A stretch of 64,000 nt of DNA from an uncultured Planctomycetota bacterium (lineage in GTDB: Bacteria > Planctomycetota > Planctomycetia > Isosphaerales > Isosphaeraceae), in contig CAWGMQ010000008.1 of the NCBI GenBank assembly GCA_963823665.1, positions 1,152,001 to 1,216,000 of the forward strand, in the 5' to 3' direction. The position numbers were made by a program, and so were the translations under genes. The notes beneath the pieces were generated by a model. It worked only from the letters and a program-made list of their open reading frames with translations. It was not told the DNA's origin and ran no database searches. Within the stretch, counting starts at the first letter, position 1, and each line of letters begins with the position of its first letter. Positions 41,301-52,516 of the stretch are shown here, piece by piece.

Positions 41301-42421
41301 TTCCGAAGCCGTTCGGCGTCGTGGTGCGCAACCTGGATGAGGCCGACCAGACGTTTCTTGAGATTGCGAATAACTCCCCATACCCAATACGTCTGGCCGG
41401 AAAGCTCGGGGTGCCCGCGGGAGCGGCGGTCGAGGATGTCGGTCGGGGGGTACACCTGGCTCCGATCGCGCGAGCCGACGGCAGCAACCTGGTGCTCGAC
41501 TTGCTGCCGTATGGTGTCGCGGCGATCAAGATCGGTGCGCCGCGGGTGCAGGTTTTGTCGGTGAGTGCTTATCCTTCCGAGGCGGTGATGACATCGATGC
41601 GGGCCCGGTTCAACGAACTCTCGGCGCAGCTCAAGCGGCTCAACCAGGGTCTTTCGGCGGGACCCGCAGAGCCGGCGAACTGCGGGTTCGAGCCAGCGGC
41701 AAGCGTGAAAGAGCCGCTCGCGGGCGGGCCGCTCGTCAAGGTTGCCTCAGCGACGAGCGGGAGCTCGCGCGAGCTGGCCGGCTGGCTGGTCGAGGGTGCC
41801 ACGCGGGGCGAGGCGTCGATCAAGGTCGATCGCGAGAATCCCCATTCGGGGGAAGGGAGCTTGAAGCTCGATGCGTCGGTCGCGCCAGCGTCGGTCATCA
41901 GCGAATCGTTTGTTCCCAACAATCATTCGAGCTTGACGATCGAGGCCTTTTTCCGGGCGTCAGAGCCGGGGACGAAGGTGCGCGTCTGGATTGAGGGAGC
42001 TTCGGGAGGGAAGCCGTACGTCCGTCGGACCGAGATGACCGTGTCGACCGAGTGGGAGGGTAGGGCGGTGCGTGCTTCGGACGTGCCGGCCGGCGGGCTT
42101 GATTCGGCAAGATTGCGGTTCGAGCTGCTGGCACCGGGCAACCTATGGATCGACGACCTGCACATTCCGAACGAGGCGACTTCGCGGTCGGGCACGCTGA
42201 ACGCGCGGCGAACGTTGCTCGAGGCGATTCAAGCTTACCGCGAAGAGCGCTTTGCCGAGTTTGCCCGGCTCTCGAGCTCGCACTGGATCAGGGAATCAAG
42301 GGCAGCCGCGACGACGCGTCTGGCACGGGCAACCGAGCGGAGGCCGCAGGCGGGCGGAGGATCAGCGCGGCAGGGCAGCGCCAATCCTTCTGCCCTTTCG
42401 CCCGACCGTAAGCGCAGGTAG
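38390..42421 (+). CDS. Large secreted protein with glycoside-hydrolase-like (GHL10-like) barrel and C-terminal carbohydrate-binding-like module
   Basis: Hydrophobic leader; YHPLHPDVRGAM, WLTWR; NCGFE...NPHSGEGSLKL...LWIDDL; start uncertain. Confidence 0.65.
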   Translation: MPPDRCARIRRNVFLVLILLLEGATAAIARQDPEPKSGPVTGDCVRLTVEVVWSTSKPDADPSQDTNTTREPAAGTEVMLEVTNGRVIEVMNWPPPNWARGGDGGGESLASSPMPASKGMWSLGKRGEGRVRARIEAAVDANLVLRSDDQAIGMPLAAVLERPQRTPPQSRLVVTVERLPWDSIVIDLGESARDGVVAPGAVVPVSVGYNIIWPEASEVSVRTTAVLRPLAGGEVLWRDEPREVVPANMAEPPSRIWNVRAPCAEGTYVLEIRSMWEPATARDGSRLARLIRRRRPSAVATSAVRRVAFTVVDPEARVGGIAVEGSTRDTEVDSVDLSRSRSHRPIATGRAPLAGPGRAEWPVPAEALIEPSRRDRLRGWFTRNGGEAAKLDAADAGGLAWTALGLKVTRPDRPHRLKVQITGGEPSALGVALVETNSGAPASVPNGGSAVVSPPRLVLDACASGPPILQDGPPAYFEWLVFPRSADLVLVMVNRSPEAEVRAGAITLTEIEDAGAPASGPLRVARGLGLYLTGSDALDRFGSRLGSNDPLRMAQNLVKYMGYCGATAAVVPEELTERDARRSLFGQADEDSTRPDRVEVVRRVLARQGYSLWLELGFDGHNSLPGLPPADSAEALRRGLVRLDSQGRADSAVYHPLHPDVRGAMKQRVTNAMNQLKPSEPGGGSGGLVIRLGPGPTLLGTPDTGVDDATYRKFIHDTIGPGATREMPIPGVESTDPGRFAKRSRYLAGVGRMPWLTWRTKEIAALYAELNDAVHAISPSASLAVVTPGLDGGPAGDEARRVDRAALPPSQSWRSVGLDLKQWPSGPVSPLVVRGTALSNEALSHDLAMSPDLDSLVASRPHRGMLLAIGREGGSDDLGGRSPGPELPEDLATATNTVVSLQGLRLGALPLGDGPAADEPLGHALAALDSRWVFLAEKAAAGQEERLRRFARVLGALPAKEGPADALANAIPKPFGVVVRNLDEADQTFLEIANNSPYPIRLAGKLGVPAGAAVEDVGRGVHLAPIARADGSNLVLDLLPYGVAAIKIGAPRVQVLSVSAYPSEAVMTSMRARFNELSAQLKRLNQGLSAGPAEPANCGFEPAASVKEPLAGGPLVKVASATSGSSRELAGWLVEGATRGEASIKVDRENPHSGEGSLKLDASVAPASVISESFVPNNHSSLTIEAFFRASEPGTKVRVWIEGASGGKPYVRRTEMTVSTEWEGRAVRASDVPAGGLDSARLRFELLAPGNLWIDDLHIPNEATSRSGTLNARRTLLEAIQAYREERFAEFARLSSSHWIRESRAAATTRLARATERRPQAGGGSARQGSANPSALSPDRKRR

Positions 42422-42451
42422 AATCCGCAGAGCAAATCAAGGAGAATCACG

Positions 42452-43222
42452 ATGTTTGTCGCGTGCAATACGCTGTGCTTCGCGCGGGAGCCGATGGAGA
42501 CGGCCTTGCGCCACATTGTCGAACTCGAATTCGACAAGTTCGAGCTCGCGCTGGTTGAAGAGGGGCAACATCTCCGGCTTTCGGAAGCGTGTGATGACCC
42601 TGACGCGGCCGTGGCGCGGCTGAGACAGGGCCCGAGCCTGATCCCGTCGTCGATCTACGCCGACTTTGGCCCGGCCGACTGGCAGAGCCCCCAGACACTG
42701 CAGCGATTCGAGGGGCTGTGCAAGCTGGCGAAATCGCTGAGCGTCGCCGTGATCACGATGAACGCCGCTCCGCGCGGGGCCGCGATTGACGACGAGGTTA
42801 AACGGTTGAGCTCGATCGGATCGAGTGCGTTCCGCAAGGGACTGGTGCTGGCGCTCCTCACTCACTCGGAGACCTTGACCGGTGATCCCCAGGTTGCCGT
42901 GCAATTGTGCCAGTCGGTTCCGGGATTGGGGATCACGCTGGACCCCAGCCATTTCCTGCAGGGCCCGAAGCCGGACGTCGATTTCGACTGCGTTTTCCCG
43001 TATGTACAAAGCGTGAATCTGCGAGACACCGGGACGGGGCCGGGTGAGTTTCAAGTGCGGGTGGGCCAGGGCAAGGTCGACTATGCACGCATCGTGAACA
43101 TGCTCCAGCGACACGGATATAACCGGGCGCTTACCGTGACCATTATCGACCGGATTGAGAATCCATTCGACCGGGAAGTGGAGGTGCGCAAGCTCAAGCT
43201 GTTGCTCGAGACGTTGATTTGA
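42452..43222 (+). CDS. Sugar phosphate isomerase/epimerase (xylose isomerase-like TIM barrel)
   Basis: AGGAGA RBS; LGITLDPSH, LRD, VGQGKVDY, GYNRALTV. Confidence 0.85.
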   Translation: MFVACNTLCFAREPMETALRHIVELEFDKFELALVEEGQHLRLSEACDDPDAAVARLRQGPSLIPSSIYADFGPADWQSPQTLQRFEGLCKLAKSLSVAVITMNAAPRGAAIDDEVKRLSSIGSSAFRKGLVLALLTHSETLTGDPQVAVQLCQSVPGLGITLDPSHFLQGPKPDVDFDCVFPYVQSVNLRDTGTGPGEFQVRVGQGKVDYARIVNMLQRHGYNRALTVTIIDRIENPFDREVEVRKLKLLLETLI

Positions 43223-43233
43223 TCGAAGCGGGT
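43219..43233. other. Convergent junction of isomerase and kinase-WD40 genes
   Basis: Stops at 43222 (+) and 43233 (-) only 10 bp apart. Confidence 0.6.
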
Positions 43234-46200
43234 CAGTCGGCGAGCTTGAGTCGCACGAGCTCGGTTTCGATCACCGCGAGGTCCCAGACTTCGACCATGG
43301 AATCCGGCCCGCTGGCGCTGGCGCTGGCCAGCCGGCGGCCGTGGGCGTCGTACACCAGGTTCGTGACACCGCCGCGGTGGCCCGGAAGATGCAGTCGAAG
43401 CTGGGGGCGAGCGGGAACTTCGAGGGACCAAAGCGAGATTATTCCCTGCGAAGAACCGACCGCCAGCGAGCGGCCGTCCGGCGCGAAGGCCAGCGACGTC
43501 GACCAAGAGGGGTTTTCGGTCGGCTTTCCGGGCTCGGTGAGGACGCCGATCCACTGCAGGCTATGCGCGTCGATCAGGGTGACCTGGGTTGGCTCGAGGA
43601 TGGCGAGAATTGTTCCGTCAGGCTTCAACGTGACCTTGTTTGATTGTTCCAGGGTGGTCGACAGCAGCTCCGACGCACGGGCTGATTTCGCGCCCTGGAC
43701 GAAGTCGATCGCCCAGGCACGGAGTACGCTTTCTCGTCCTCTCTGGTCAACCGTGTAGAGCCGGTCGCCCCTGGGAGAAATCTGTAGTGACCGCAGCCCA
43801 GGCCCGCGCGGGTCGTTAGCACCGGGGGGGCGACCGCGCGGCGTCGGACCTGCTTCGGCGGTGAGCGGCGGGGACAGTTCGATGGGGATGAGTGTGTCGG
43901 GAGCCTCGGCACGCCAGAGAAAGAACGACGATCCTCGGACCACGACCATCATCGCGCCGTCGGACGTTTTTGCCAGTGCTGTGGTCCGGAACGTTCCCGG
44001 ACCCTGCGTGAGAGAACCCACAACAGAGAATTTCGCCTTACCAAGAACGGAGCCCACCTCTCCGGCAGAGAACCGGAGGCCCTGGTAGTCATGCACAACG
44101 AGCCGTCCCAACGAGTCGAACGCAATCGTCGTGGGCTGAAAGCCCATGAAGCCCCCACGTCCGCCCGTCCGCGGCCCTTCGCCCCGCGGCGGCCGTCCGC
44201 CTCCTCCTCGCCGATTGGCATCGGAGGCGGGGGCGTCGCTGCGCCTGGGCTCGAGAGGGCCGATGGCGGGGGACGCGACTTCGACCGCCGGCCTGGGGAC
44301 TGGCGGGCCGATTTCCGGGCATCGGCCGCTGCGCCATGTCCAGATCTCACCGCTCAAGCTTGCGGCGGCAAGCACGCCGTCTTTGCCGAAGGCGAGAGCC
44401 GACGGCGGCGAGTCGAAACCGCTGAGCTGCGTGCGGGCGGCCGAGTCATGCACGGTCCAAATCATGGCGTCACCCGAGCGGCCGACGGCTGCAAGGGTCA
44501 TCCCGTCGGGTGCAAAGGCCATGTCGGCGGCCTGATCAGACGTGCGCAAGGCGGCCACCAGATTGAGCGAGACCGGATCCCAGAGCTCGATGGGACCGTT
44601 GCCCATGATCGCGAGGAGGTTACCCTGCGGGTTAAATCGCATCAGCCGGGTGTTGGATTGGCCGGGCGTCAGGCCAATAGGGAACGAATGGGAATCCAGG
44701 TCCCAGATCCGGATCGATGTCCCGCCGGAGGTGTTGCCGGCGGTGGCCAGCATGTTGTTCGGCCCGAGCGCAATTGCGGAGAGGTCGGCCTGCGGCTCGA
44801 TCTCGCCCCGAGGCAGCGGACTGCCGTCCTGCGCCGAGTAGAGTCTGACAACCGCGCGTCTGAAGGCAGCCACCGCGACGGTTCGAGCATCCGGGCTGAT
44901 CGATACCAGTGGGAACGACATTTCCCGTGCGTCGTCGGTGCGCCAGGGCAGGGTGGCAATCGGCCGTTCGAGATGATCAGCATCCCAGAGGTTGACCTCG
45001 AGGATCACCTCGTTCTGGATCTGCTCGGTCCCGATTGTGATCAGGCGGTGGCCGGTCGGCTCGCCGATCAAGCCGACGATGGAATGGTTGGGCAGACTCA
45101 AGCTCCGCAGGGCGCGCCGGAAAGCAAGTCGAGCAATCCGAGCGCGGCGTCGCCAGGAAGAATCGTCGCGATGTAGGGACCGATTTGTGCGAGGCGGGGG
45201 AACCGAAACGGCCCGCCGCGACCGCCTTGACCGCCTCGCTGCCCGCCCGTGCTCGCGACCGAGCCGCTGCTCGCACCTGGAGCCGTTTCAGCCCTGCCGC
45301 CGGCGCTCTCGCTGATACCTTCGGCAACCGGTATCGGTGCGATTGCCGCGCCGCCTCGAAGGGGCAATTTCGTCAACTGGCGTCGCTTCTGCACGTCCCA
45401 AAAGTCGAGCTCGTCATCATCTTCAGACAGAATCGCGAGCTGATTTCCCGCGGGCGTGAAGATCAAACCCCGCGCCCGCCCCGTGGCCAGCGCCGGATTG
45501 CTCGGCTCGATCTCTCGCAAAACCAGGAACTTGACCGCCGAGTCGCGAAGCTGCGTCCGCTCTTCGTTGTCCGGCTCGAGCTCAGCCGCCTCCTTGACGA
45601 AATTCAGTCCGAGACTCCGCCGGGTCGGTGCCGCGCCGAGCGCGGTAAGCTGAATGATCGATCCCAGTCTTTCCTTCTCTGCCGCTCGGCGCCGGGCGTT
45701 GGCCGCCTTTTCGCGTTTGAAGAGCTCGTCGCTCTGCTGCTGCGCGGCGACGGCGAGATTTCGCTCGGACACGATCTTCACGTACGCGAAGGTGGCGATC
45801 GCCAGCACGAGTGCGGCCGCGGCGGTCGAGACGGCCGTGATTCCGGGATGGCGGCGGGCGACCCGCCAGGCCCGGCCAAGCGGGCCGATGCGCCGGGCCT
45901 TGACCGGCTCGCGATTCAAGAACCGCTCGAGGTCATCGAACAGCTCGCCTGCGGTTGCGTAGCGGTCGGCGGGCCGCTTGGCGAGGGCTTTGAGCACGAC
46001 GGTCTCGAGATCGCGCGGGACGCGGCGGTCGACCTTCGTCGGCGGCAGCGGATCTTGCTGACCGATCTGGTCGATCAGCTCGGCTGCTGTCTGACCGTCG
46101 AACGGGGGACGCAAGGACAGCAGCTCGTACAGGGTGGCTCCCAGGCTGTAGACGTCGGTCCGACCGTCGATCGAACCCGTGCGAGCCTGCTCGGGGCTCA

Positions 46201-47458
46201 TGTAGCGAGGAGTGCCCAGCAAACTGTCATGATGCGTGATACCAGGATCAGCGAGGCGGCGAGCCAGGCCGAAATCGGTCACCCAGATGCTGCCTTTCGC
46301 ATCGATCAACAAGTTCGAGGGCTTGACGTCGCGATGGATGACGCCCTGCTCGTGCGCATGCGCGAGGGCATCCGCCGATTCGCGGCCGACCTTGGCGACC
46401 CAGCGGAAGTATGCCGGCCCGCGAGGAGGATCGAAGGGAGGCGGCTCGAGCTCGCGGCGCTGCCGATCCGGATCGGGCGAGGTCAAATTCGGGAGAGACC
46501 CTGGGGCGACTGCTTGAAGCCCGCCGGGGGCGGAATCGGCAGCCGCGATCCGGCCATCGCGCGAAGCCGTTCCCCAGGACGCGGTCGAACCATCGGTTGG
46601 CGAAATGAGAGACTTTGGCCGAATGCCGTTGGGTCGTGCCGGCACCTGCTGCATTCCCGCGAAGCTCGACCGGGCAGCCGGCGTTTTCGCTTGGTCGAGC
46701 TGGCCATCGGGCCGTTTCCGCCCGTGCAGAAGACTAGCGGGCAGCCGTGCCCAGAATCGACCCGGGTGGGGGGAGGCTTTCGCCTGAGCTGCGCCGCCAC
46801 CTTCGCTGGCAAGGAAGCTCGGCAGCCGAGAGCTGGAAAGCGCCTCTCCGCCGCCGGAGGCCACGTGACGCGTGCGACGCAGATGCTTGAGCACGCGATC
46901 GAGCCCGCTCCCCTCGATTCGTTGCATGGCGTAATAACAAAGCCCGCCGACCTGGCCGACGTCGAAGACCGGCACGATGTGGGTGTGGTGCAGACCGGCG
47001 GCGGTGCGAGCTTCGTTCAAGAACCGTCGGCGGGCCGAGGAATCGGGCGCGGCGTGCACGCCAAGAACCTTGAGCGCCACGGGCCGGTCGAGCCCCATGT
47101 GCACGGCCTCGTAGACCGTGCCCATGCCTCCTCGTCCGAGCTCGCGCACAACCCGGTAGCCGGCGATTCGCTGGCCCGACTCAATCCGGTGGTCGAGCCC
47201 GCCGCGGCGGCCGCTCCCGGAGCCGGTTGCCGAACCGAGACCAAGCAAGCCGTGAACCAGCTCCAGGCCGTCAATGGCCGCCCGGAGGTCATCTTCGAGC
47301 CCAGGAAATCGCGCGACGAATTCGTCCAGGTCAGGCGGTGGGCCCTGCTCACAACTCAACATGTAGAGCTCGACGGCTTCGCCGACGCGATCGTCCTCGT
47401 CGTTCTCGTCGGGCGCGACGTCGGGACCGTCAGTCGTGCCGTCAGTGGGTTTGACCAT
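43233..47458 (-). CDS. Ser/Thr kinase with TM helix and WD40 repeats (frameshift near 45110)
   Basis: GRGGMG, HRDVKPSN, DFG, GTPRYMSPEQ; WD40 repeats continue in the shifted frame. Confidence 0.9.
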
Positions 47459-48110
47459 CGCTGAACCTCAGAGATCCACCGGGGGGACCTTCCATCGAAC
47501 GCTTCAGGTTCTTGAGCCCGCGTGCCATGATGCCGCGCACCGATTTTCGGCTTAATCCGAACCGCTCGCCGATCGCCTCGAACGAAAGGCTTTCGGCAGC
47601 ATAGAGCCAAACCACGTCGGCCTCGGCTTCAGGAAGCGCGGCCAGCGCGTCGGCAAGGAGAATGATCTGCTCGCGACGACTGGCGGCCTGACTCGGACTG
47701 GTCTGAGATAGTGCCAGCATATCGACGATCCGCCCATTGTCCTCTCCCGACCGCGAACCCCCGGAAATCTCTGATGCCGCCCCGTCAAGCGGTAAGGCCG
47801 TCGACGCGCCGGCGCGCTTCGCCCGGCTGTGATACCGCCCCAAGTCGGCCAGCTTCTGCCCAACCAGGCGTCGTAGCCAGCCCACCAGGGCTGCTTCGTT
47901 CTGACCCGTGAACTGCGGGAACTGCCGCACCACCTCCACCAACACTTCTTGAATCACGTCCGACATCTCAACCCGCTCGCGCAGTCTGGGACCGAGGCCC
48001 GTGCGCACAACCATTCGCAGATAATTTCGATAGAGCGCGCACAACTCGCCCAGGGCTTCGGTCTCACCCGCGCGTGCCTTTGACAGTAAGTCAATCGGGC
48101 CTTCGGGCAT
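47442..48110 (-). CDS. ECF sigma factor, overlapping the kinase start
   Basis: YRNYLR, EMSDVIQE, WLRRL, TSPSQ, LSFEAIGERFG. Confidence 0.9.
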   Translation of the reverse strand: MPEGPIDLLSKARAGETEALGELCALYRNYLRMVVRTGLGPRLRERVEMSDVIQEVLVEVVRQFPQFTGQNEAALVGWLRRLVGQKLADLGRYHSRAKRAGASTALPLDGAASEISGGSRSGEDNGRIVDMLALSQTSPSQAASRREQIILLADALAALPEAEADVVWLYAAESLSFEAIGERFGLSRKSVRGIMARGLKNLKRSMEGPPGGSLRFSDGQTH

Positions 48111-48363
48111 CCGCGTCGGCTCTCATGCAAAAACTACCGGGCTGCCCAGGCCAGTCGCGCACCTATACCCATAGGCGTCAATCGATCAGCCGGCGGACCC
48201 GGTTCCCTGCAAAAACCGTTACTGAGAACTGTGGTGGCAGCCTACTTCACATACTAACACAAAGGGTCATGTCCCGCGCCAGGCACTCACGAAGGAAGTT
48301 ACACGAAGGAAGTTACACACTCTTCCGACCGTGTTCCGGGTGCGATAGAATGACCGGTCGCTC

Positions 48364-49249
48364 ATGAGCAAATCAACCGGCAGAATCGGAAACGCGACAA
48401 CGCCCGTTCAGGACTCCGCGCGGCCGGCGTTTCTTGCCGTCAACGGGGGCTCGTCAAGCCTCAAGTTCGCGCTGTACGACCTGGAATCCGCGTGCGCCGG
48501 GTTGTGCAGGCGAATGGGCCGCGGAAGGATCGAGCGCATCGGGCAACCGGATGCGAGCATGTCGGCCCAGCTTACCGGGGATCAGGAAGCTCGTGAGAGG
48601 AGTGTGACTGCGCCGGATCTCGGCGCCGCAGCCGGCCTGCTCATTGACTGGCTCGAGCGCACCTTGGGGCGCCGAACAGATCGCGGCGGTCGGGTTTCGG
48701 GTCGTGCACGGGGGGTGCCCGATCGATACGACCATGGGGTTGACGCCGGCCTCGGGTCTCGTGATGAGCACGCGGTGCGGCGACATCGACCCCGGTCTTT
48801 TTTTGTATCTGACCCGGATGGTCGCCGGCATGTCGGCCGAGGTATTCCATCGAATGGTCAATCATGAGTCGGGCTTACTTGGCGTCTCGGAAACCAGCTC
48901 TGACATCCGCGAGCTCCTGGCGTGTCGAGCGGACGACGAGCGCGCCGCGGAGGCCGTCGAGTTGTTCTGCTACCAGGCCAAGAAGGGAATCGGCGCGCTG
49001 GCGGCCGCGCTGGGCGGCCTCGATCTCCTGGTGTTCTCCGGGGGCATCGGCGAGAATTCGCCCGACATCCGCGCGGAAACCTGCGCGGGCCTCGAATTTC
49101 TGGGAATCAACATCGACCCGATACGTAATCGCGGGAATGAGCCGGTGATCACCACCGAAACGTCGCGCACGCCGATCCGCGTCATTCAAACCGACGAAGA
49201 ATCGATGATCGCGCGATACACGGCGCGATTCGTGCCTCTCAAGGAATAG
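48364..49249 (+). pseudogene. ackA: Acetate kinase with large internal deletion and frameshift near 48668
   Basis: NGGSSSLKF, RVVHGG joined directly to CPIDTTMGLTP, TRCGDIDP, SGLLGVS, FSGGIGEN, TDEE. Confidence 0.85.
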
Positions 49250-49397
49250 CACGTCTCGCGATGCTAGCATTTCCGGAACAGGGCATCGACAATGGAACCC
49301 ACTGGGCTCCGGGACGGCAATCGCGGTTCCTTTGATGCATTCCCGCTTGCCAGAGCGCGAAAACACACCAGTTACGTGGTATGCGCCGAGATCTAAA

Positions 49398-49993
49398 ATG
49401 TCCAAAGAACTACCCGAAATCTATCTGGCACGACACGGAGAGACGGCCTGGACACTCTCGCACCAGCACACCGGGCGATCCGACATCCCGCTCACGGCCC
49501 GAGGCGAGTTGAACGCACGCAGCCTGGGCGACCGGCTGCGTGGAATCGAGTTTCAGAGGGTGCTCACGAGCCCGCTGGAGCGTGCGCGGCGGACGTGCGA
49601 GCTGGCGGGATTCATCGAGCGGACCATCGTCGACCTTGACCTGATGGAATGGAATTACGGCGTCTATGACGGCAAGACATCCGCCGAGATCCGCCGCGAG
49701 AATGCCAATTGGCTACTCTTCCGCGACGGCTGCCCTGGCGGCGAGACGGTCGAAGAAGTCGGTGCTCGTGCCGATCGGGTCATCGCCCGACTCCGCGCCG
49801 TGACGGGCGCCAACTGCTGTTCGGTCACGGCCACTTTTTCCGCGTTCTGGCGGCGCGGTGGCTCGGTCTGCCGCCCTCGGAAGGGAGGCTACTCTACCTG
49901 GGCCCGGCGTCGCTCTCGATCCAAGGTTACGAGCATACGCTCGACGAGCCGGCGATTCGCCTCTGGAATGATGATCGCCACGTGCATAAATGA
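49398..49993 (+). CDS. Histidine phosphatase (phosphoglycerate mutase family), frameshift near 49808
   Basis: RHGET, SPLERARRT, EWNYG, LFGHGHFFR in shifted frame. Confidence 0.88.
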
Positions 49994-50037
49994 TCGACTC
50001 GTTCTCATGGCGCCACGAGCACTTTCGGAGCACCGGA

Positions 50038-52503
50038 ATGAACCAGACTGCCGATCCTTTGAAACGCTACGAATGCGGTCCGCTGCGATTCGATGATGAG
50101 GATTACTACGACCGTCATCTTGTGTTCGACCACGTCACTGCGCACGAACGGGCCAGCGCGCGCGACCGCTTCGAGGCGATGGCGCGCTCGGTCCGTGACG
50201 TGCTCGCCCAGCGCTGGATTCTGACGCAGCGCAGCTACGACCACAAGAATCCGAAGGAGGTCTATTATCTGTCGATGGAGTTCTTGATCGGCAGGACGAT
50301 GGCCAGCACGATCACCAACTTGCGGATCGAAGATTTCGTGCAAAGCGACTTCGCCTCCGACATCGGGCAGGAGTTATCGGCGCTTTACGAAGTTGAGCCA
50401 GACGCAGGCCTGGGCAATGGCGGTCTGGGCCGTCTCGCTGCCTGTTTTCTCGACTCGATGGCGACGCTCGAGATTCCGGCGGTGGGCTACGGCCTGCGCT
50501 ACGAGTACGGAATGTTCCGCCAGGAGATCAAGGACGGCCGCCAGATCGAGCACCCGGACAACTGGCTGCTTCACGGGGATCCGTGGGAGGTCGTGCGCCC
50601 GAACGAGACGGTCGATGTTCGTCTCAACTGCGCGTTTCAGATGAAGGAGGGACGGCTGACGGTGGTTCCCAACGTGCCGACGGTGATCGTCGGAATACCT
50701 TATGACCGACCCGTCGTCGGTTATGGCGGCAGCAACATCAACACGCTCAGGCTGTGGAACGCCACGGCCCACGCCGACTTCAACTTCCTGGAATTCAGCC
50801 GTGGCGATTTCTTCGACGCCGTCCACGAAAAAGTTGCCGCCGAAGTGCTGACGCGCGTGCTCTACCCCGATGACTCGACACCGCGGGGCAGAAATCTTCG
50901 GCTGCTTCAAGAGTACTTCCTGGTCGCGTGCTCGCTCGGAGATATCGTCGGGCGATTCAAGCGGCGCGGCAACGAATGGCACGCCCTTCCCGAGAAGGTG
51001 GCGATCCAGTTGAACGACACGCATCCGTCGCTCGCAGTGGCCGAGTTGATGCGAATCCTGGTGGACGACGCGGCGCTGCCGTGGGACGAGGCGTGGGACC
51101 TGACCACACGCACTCTGGCCTACACCAACCACACACTGATGCCGGAGGCGCTTGAGACCTGGCCGGTGATCCTCTTCGAGATCATGTTTCCGCGGCTGCT
51201 CGAGATCATCTACGAGATCAACCGCCGCTTCCTGGACGACGTTCGAGCGCGGTTTCCGGGCGACAACGGCCGCCTGGCGCGCGTGAGCCTGATCGCGGAA
51301 GGCCAGGAGAAACGCGTTCGCATGGCCAACCTGGCCATCGTGGGCACACACAGCACCAACGGTGTCGCCGAGATCCATTCGAGGCTCTTGCGCTCCACGG
51401 TCGTCTCTGACCTGGCCGAGATCTTCCCGGATCGGTTCAACAACAAGACCAACGGCGTGACGCCGCGGCGCTGGCTGCTTCTCGCAAACCCCGATCTGGC
51501 CAAGCTCATCTCGAGCGCAATCGGCGACCTTTGGATTTCCGATCTCAGCCAGCTCAAGAAGCTCGTGCCCCTGGCCGACGACGCAAGCTTCCTGGAGGGC
51601 TTCCGCGCTGCCAAGCGGGCGGCCAAGGTGCGCCTTGCTTCCTGGCTGCGAATGGGAACCGGGCTTGCCGTCGACCCGGATTCCATCTTCGATAGCCAGG
51701 TGAAGCGCATCCATGAATACAAGCGACAGTTACTGAATATTCTTCACGTTATTATTTTATACAATCGTCTGCGCGATAACCCCAGGCTGGATGTGCCGCC
51801 GCGCACCTTCTTCTTCGCGGGTAAGGCCGCGCCGGCGTACACGCTCGCCAAGCTGATCATCAAGCTGATCAACAATGTCGCCTCCGTGGTCAACGTCGAT
51901 CCCGCGAGCCAAGGGAAGATCCAGGTCTTCTTCCTGACCGAATACAACGTGAGCCTGGCCCAGCGGCTCATTCCCGCCAGTGACGTATCGGAGCAGATCT
52001 CGACCGCCGGGTTCGAGGCCAGCGGCACGGGCAACATGAAGTTCATGATGAACGGCGCTCTCACCATCGGGACCCGCGACGGCGCCACGATCGAGATGGC
52101 CCAGGAGGCGGGAGAAGAGAATTTCTTCTTGTTTGGGCTGACGGCCGAGCAGGTCGCCGCGACCCGCTCCTGGTACAACCCTTACTGGCACTACGAGCAC
52201 GAGCCCGAGACGCGGCGGGCGCTCGACATGATTACATCCAACGCGTTCAGCCCGCACGAGCCGGGGATTTTCGGCCCGATCGGCGACACGCTTCTGCCCC
52301 GCGGCGACCACTATATGCATCTTGCCGATCTGGCCGCATACGCGCAGGCGCAGGACTCCCTCGGCGCGCTTTACGTGAAGCCGGAAGCCTGGACGCGCCG
52401 GGCTGTGCTCAACGTGGCGCACTCGGGCAAGTTCTCGAGCGATCGAACCATCGCACAATACGCAAACGAAATCTGGGGTGCCAAACCTTGTCACGTCGAA
52501 TGA
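50038..52503 (+). CDS. glgP: Glycogen/alpha-glucan phosphorylase
   Basis: [49 protein letters not shown]. Confidence 0.97.
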   Translation: MNQTADPLKRYECGPLRFDDEDYYDRHLVFDHVTAHERASARDRFEAMARSVRDVLAQRWILTQRSYDHKNPKEVYYLSMEFLIGRTMASTITNLRIEDFVQSDFASDIGQELSALYEVEPDAGLGNGGLGRLAACFLDSMATLEIPAVGYGLRYEYGMFRQEIKDGRQIEHPDNWLLHGDPWEVVRPNETVDVRLNCAFQMKEGRLTVVPNVPTVIVGIPYDRPVVGYGGSNINTLRLWNATAHADFNFLEFSRGDFFDAVHEKVAAEVLTRVLYPDDSTPRGRNLRLLQEYFLVACSLGDIVGRFKRRGNEWHALPEKVAIQLNDTHPSLAVAELMRILVDDAALPWDEAWDLTTRTLAYTNHTLMPEALETWPVILFEIMFPRLLEIIYEINRRFLDDVRARFPGDNGRLARVSLIAEGQEKRVRMANLAIVGTHSTNGVAEIHSRLLRSTVVSDLAEIFPDRFNNKTNGVTPRRWLLLANPDLAKLISSAIGDLWISDLSQLKKLVPLADDASFLEGFRAAKRAAKVRLASWLRMGTGLAVDPDSIFDSQVKRIHEYKRQLLNILHVIILYNRLRDNPRLDVPPRTFFFAGKAAPAYTLAKLIIKLINNVASVVNVDPASQGKIQVFFLTEYNVSLAQRLIPASDVSEQISTAGFEASGTGNMKFMMNGALTIGTRDGATIEMAQEAGEENFFLFGLTAEQVAATRSWYNPYWHYEHEPETRRALDMITSNAFSPHEPGIFGPIGDTLLPRGDHYMHLADLAAYAQAQDSLGALYVKPEAWTRRAVLNVAHSGKFSSDRTIAQYANEIWGAKPCHVE

Positions 52504-52516
52504 CAGGAGCAGCGTG

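Noticed and set aside
45185..47464. 759-aa plus-strand ORF and similar long antisense ORFs
   Set aside because: Shadow ORFs opposite real genes, expected in high-GC DNA
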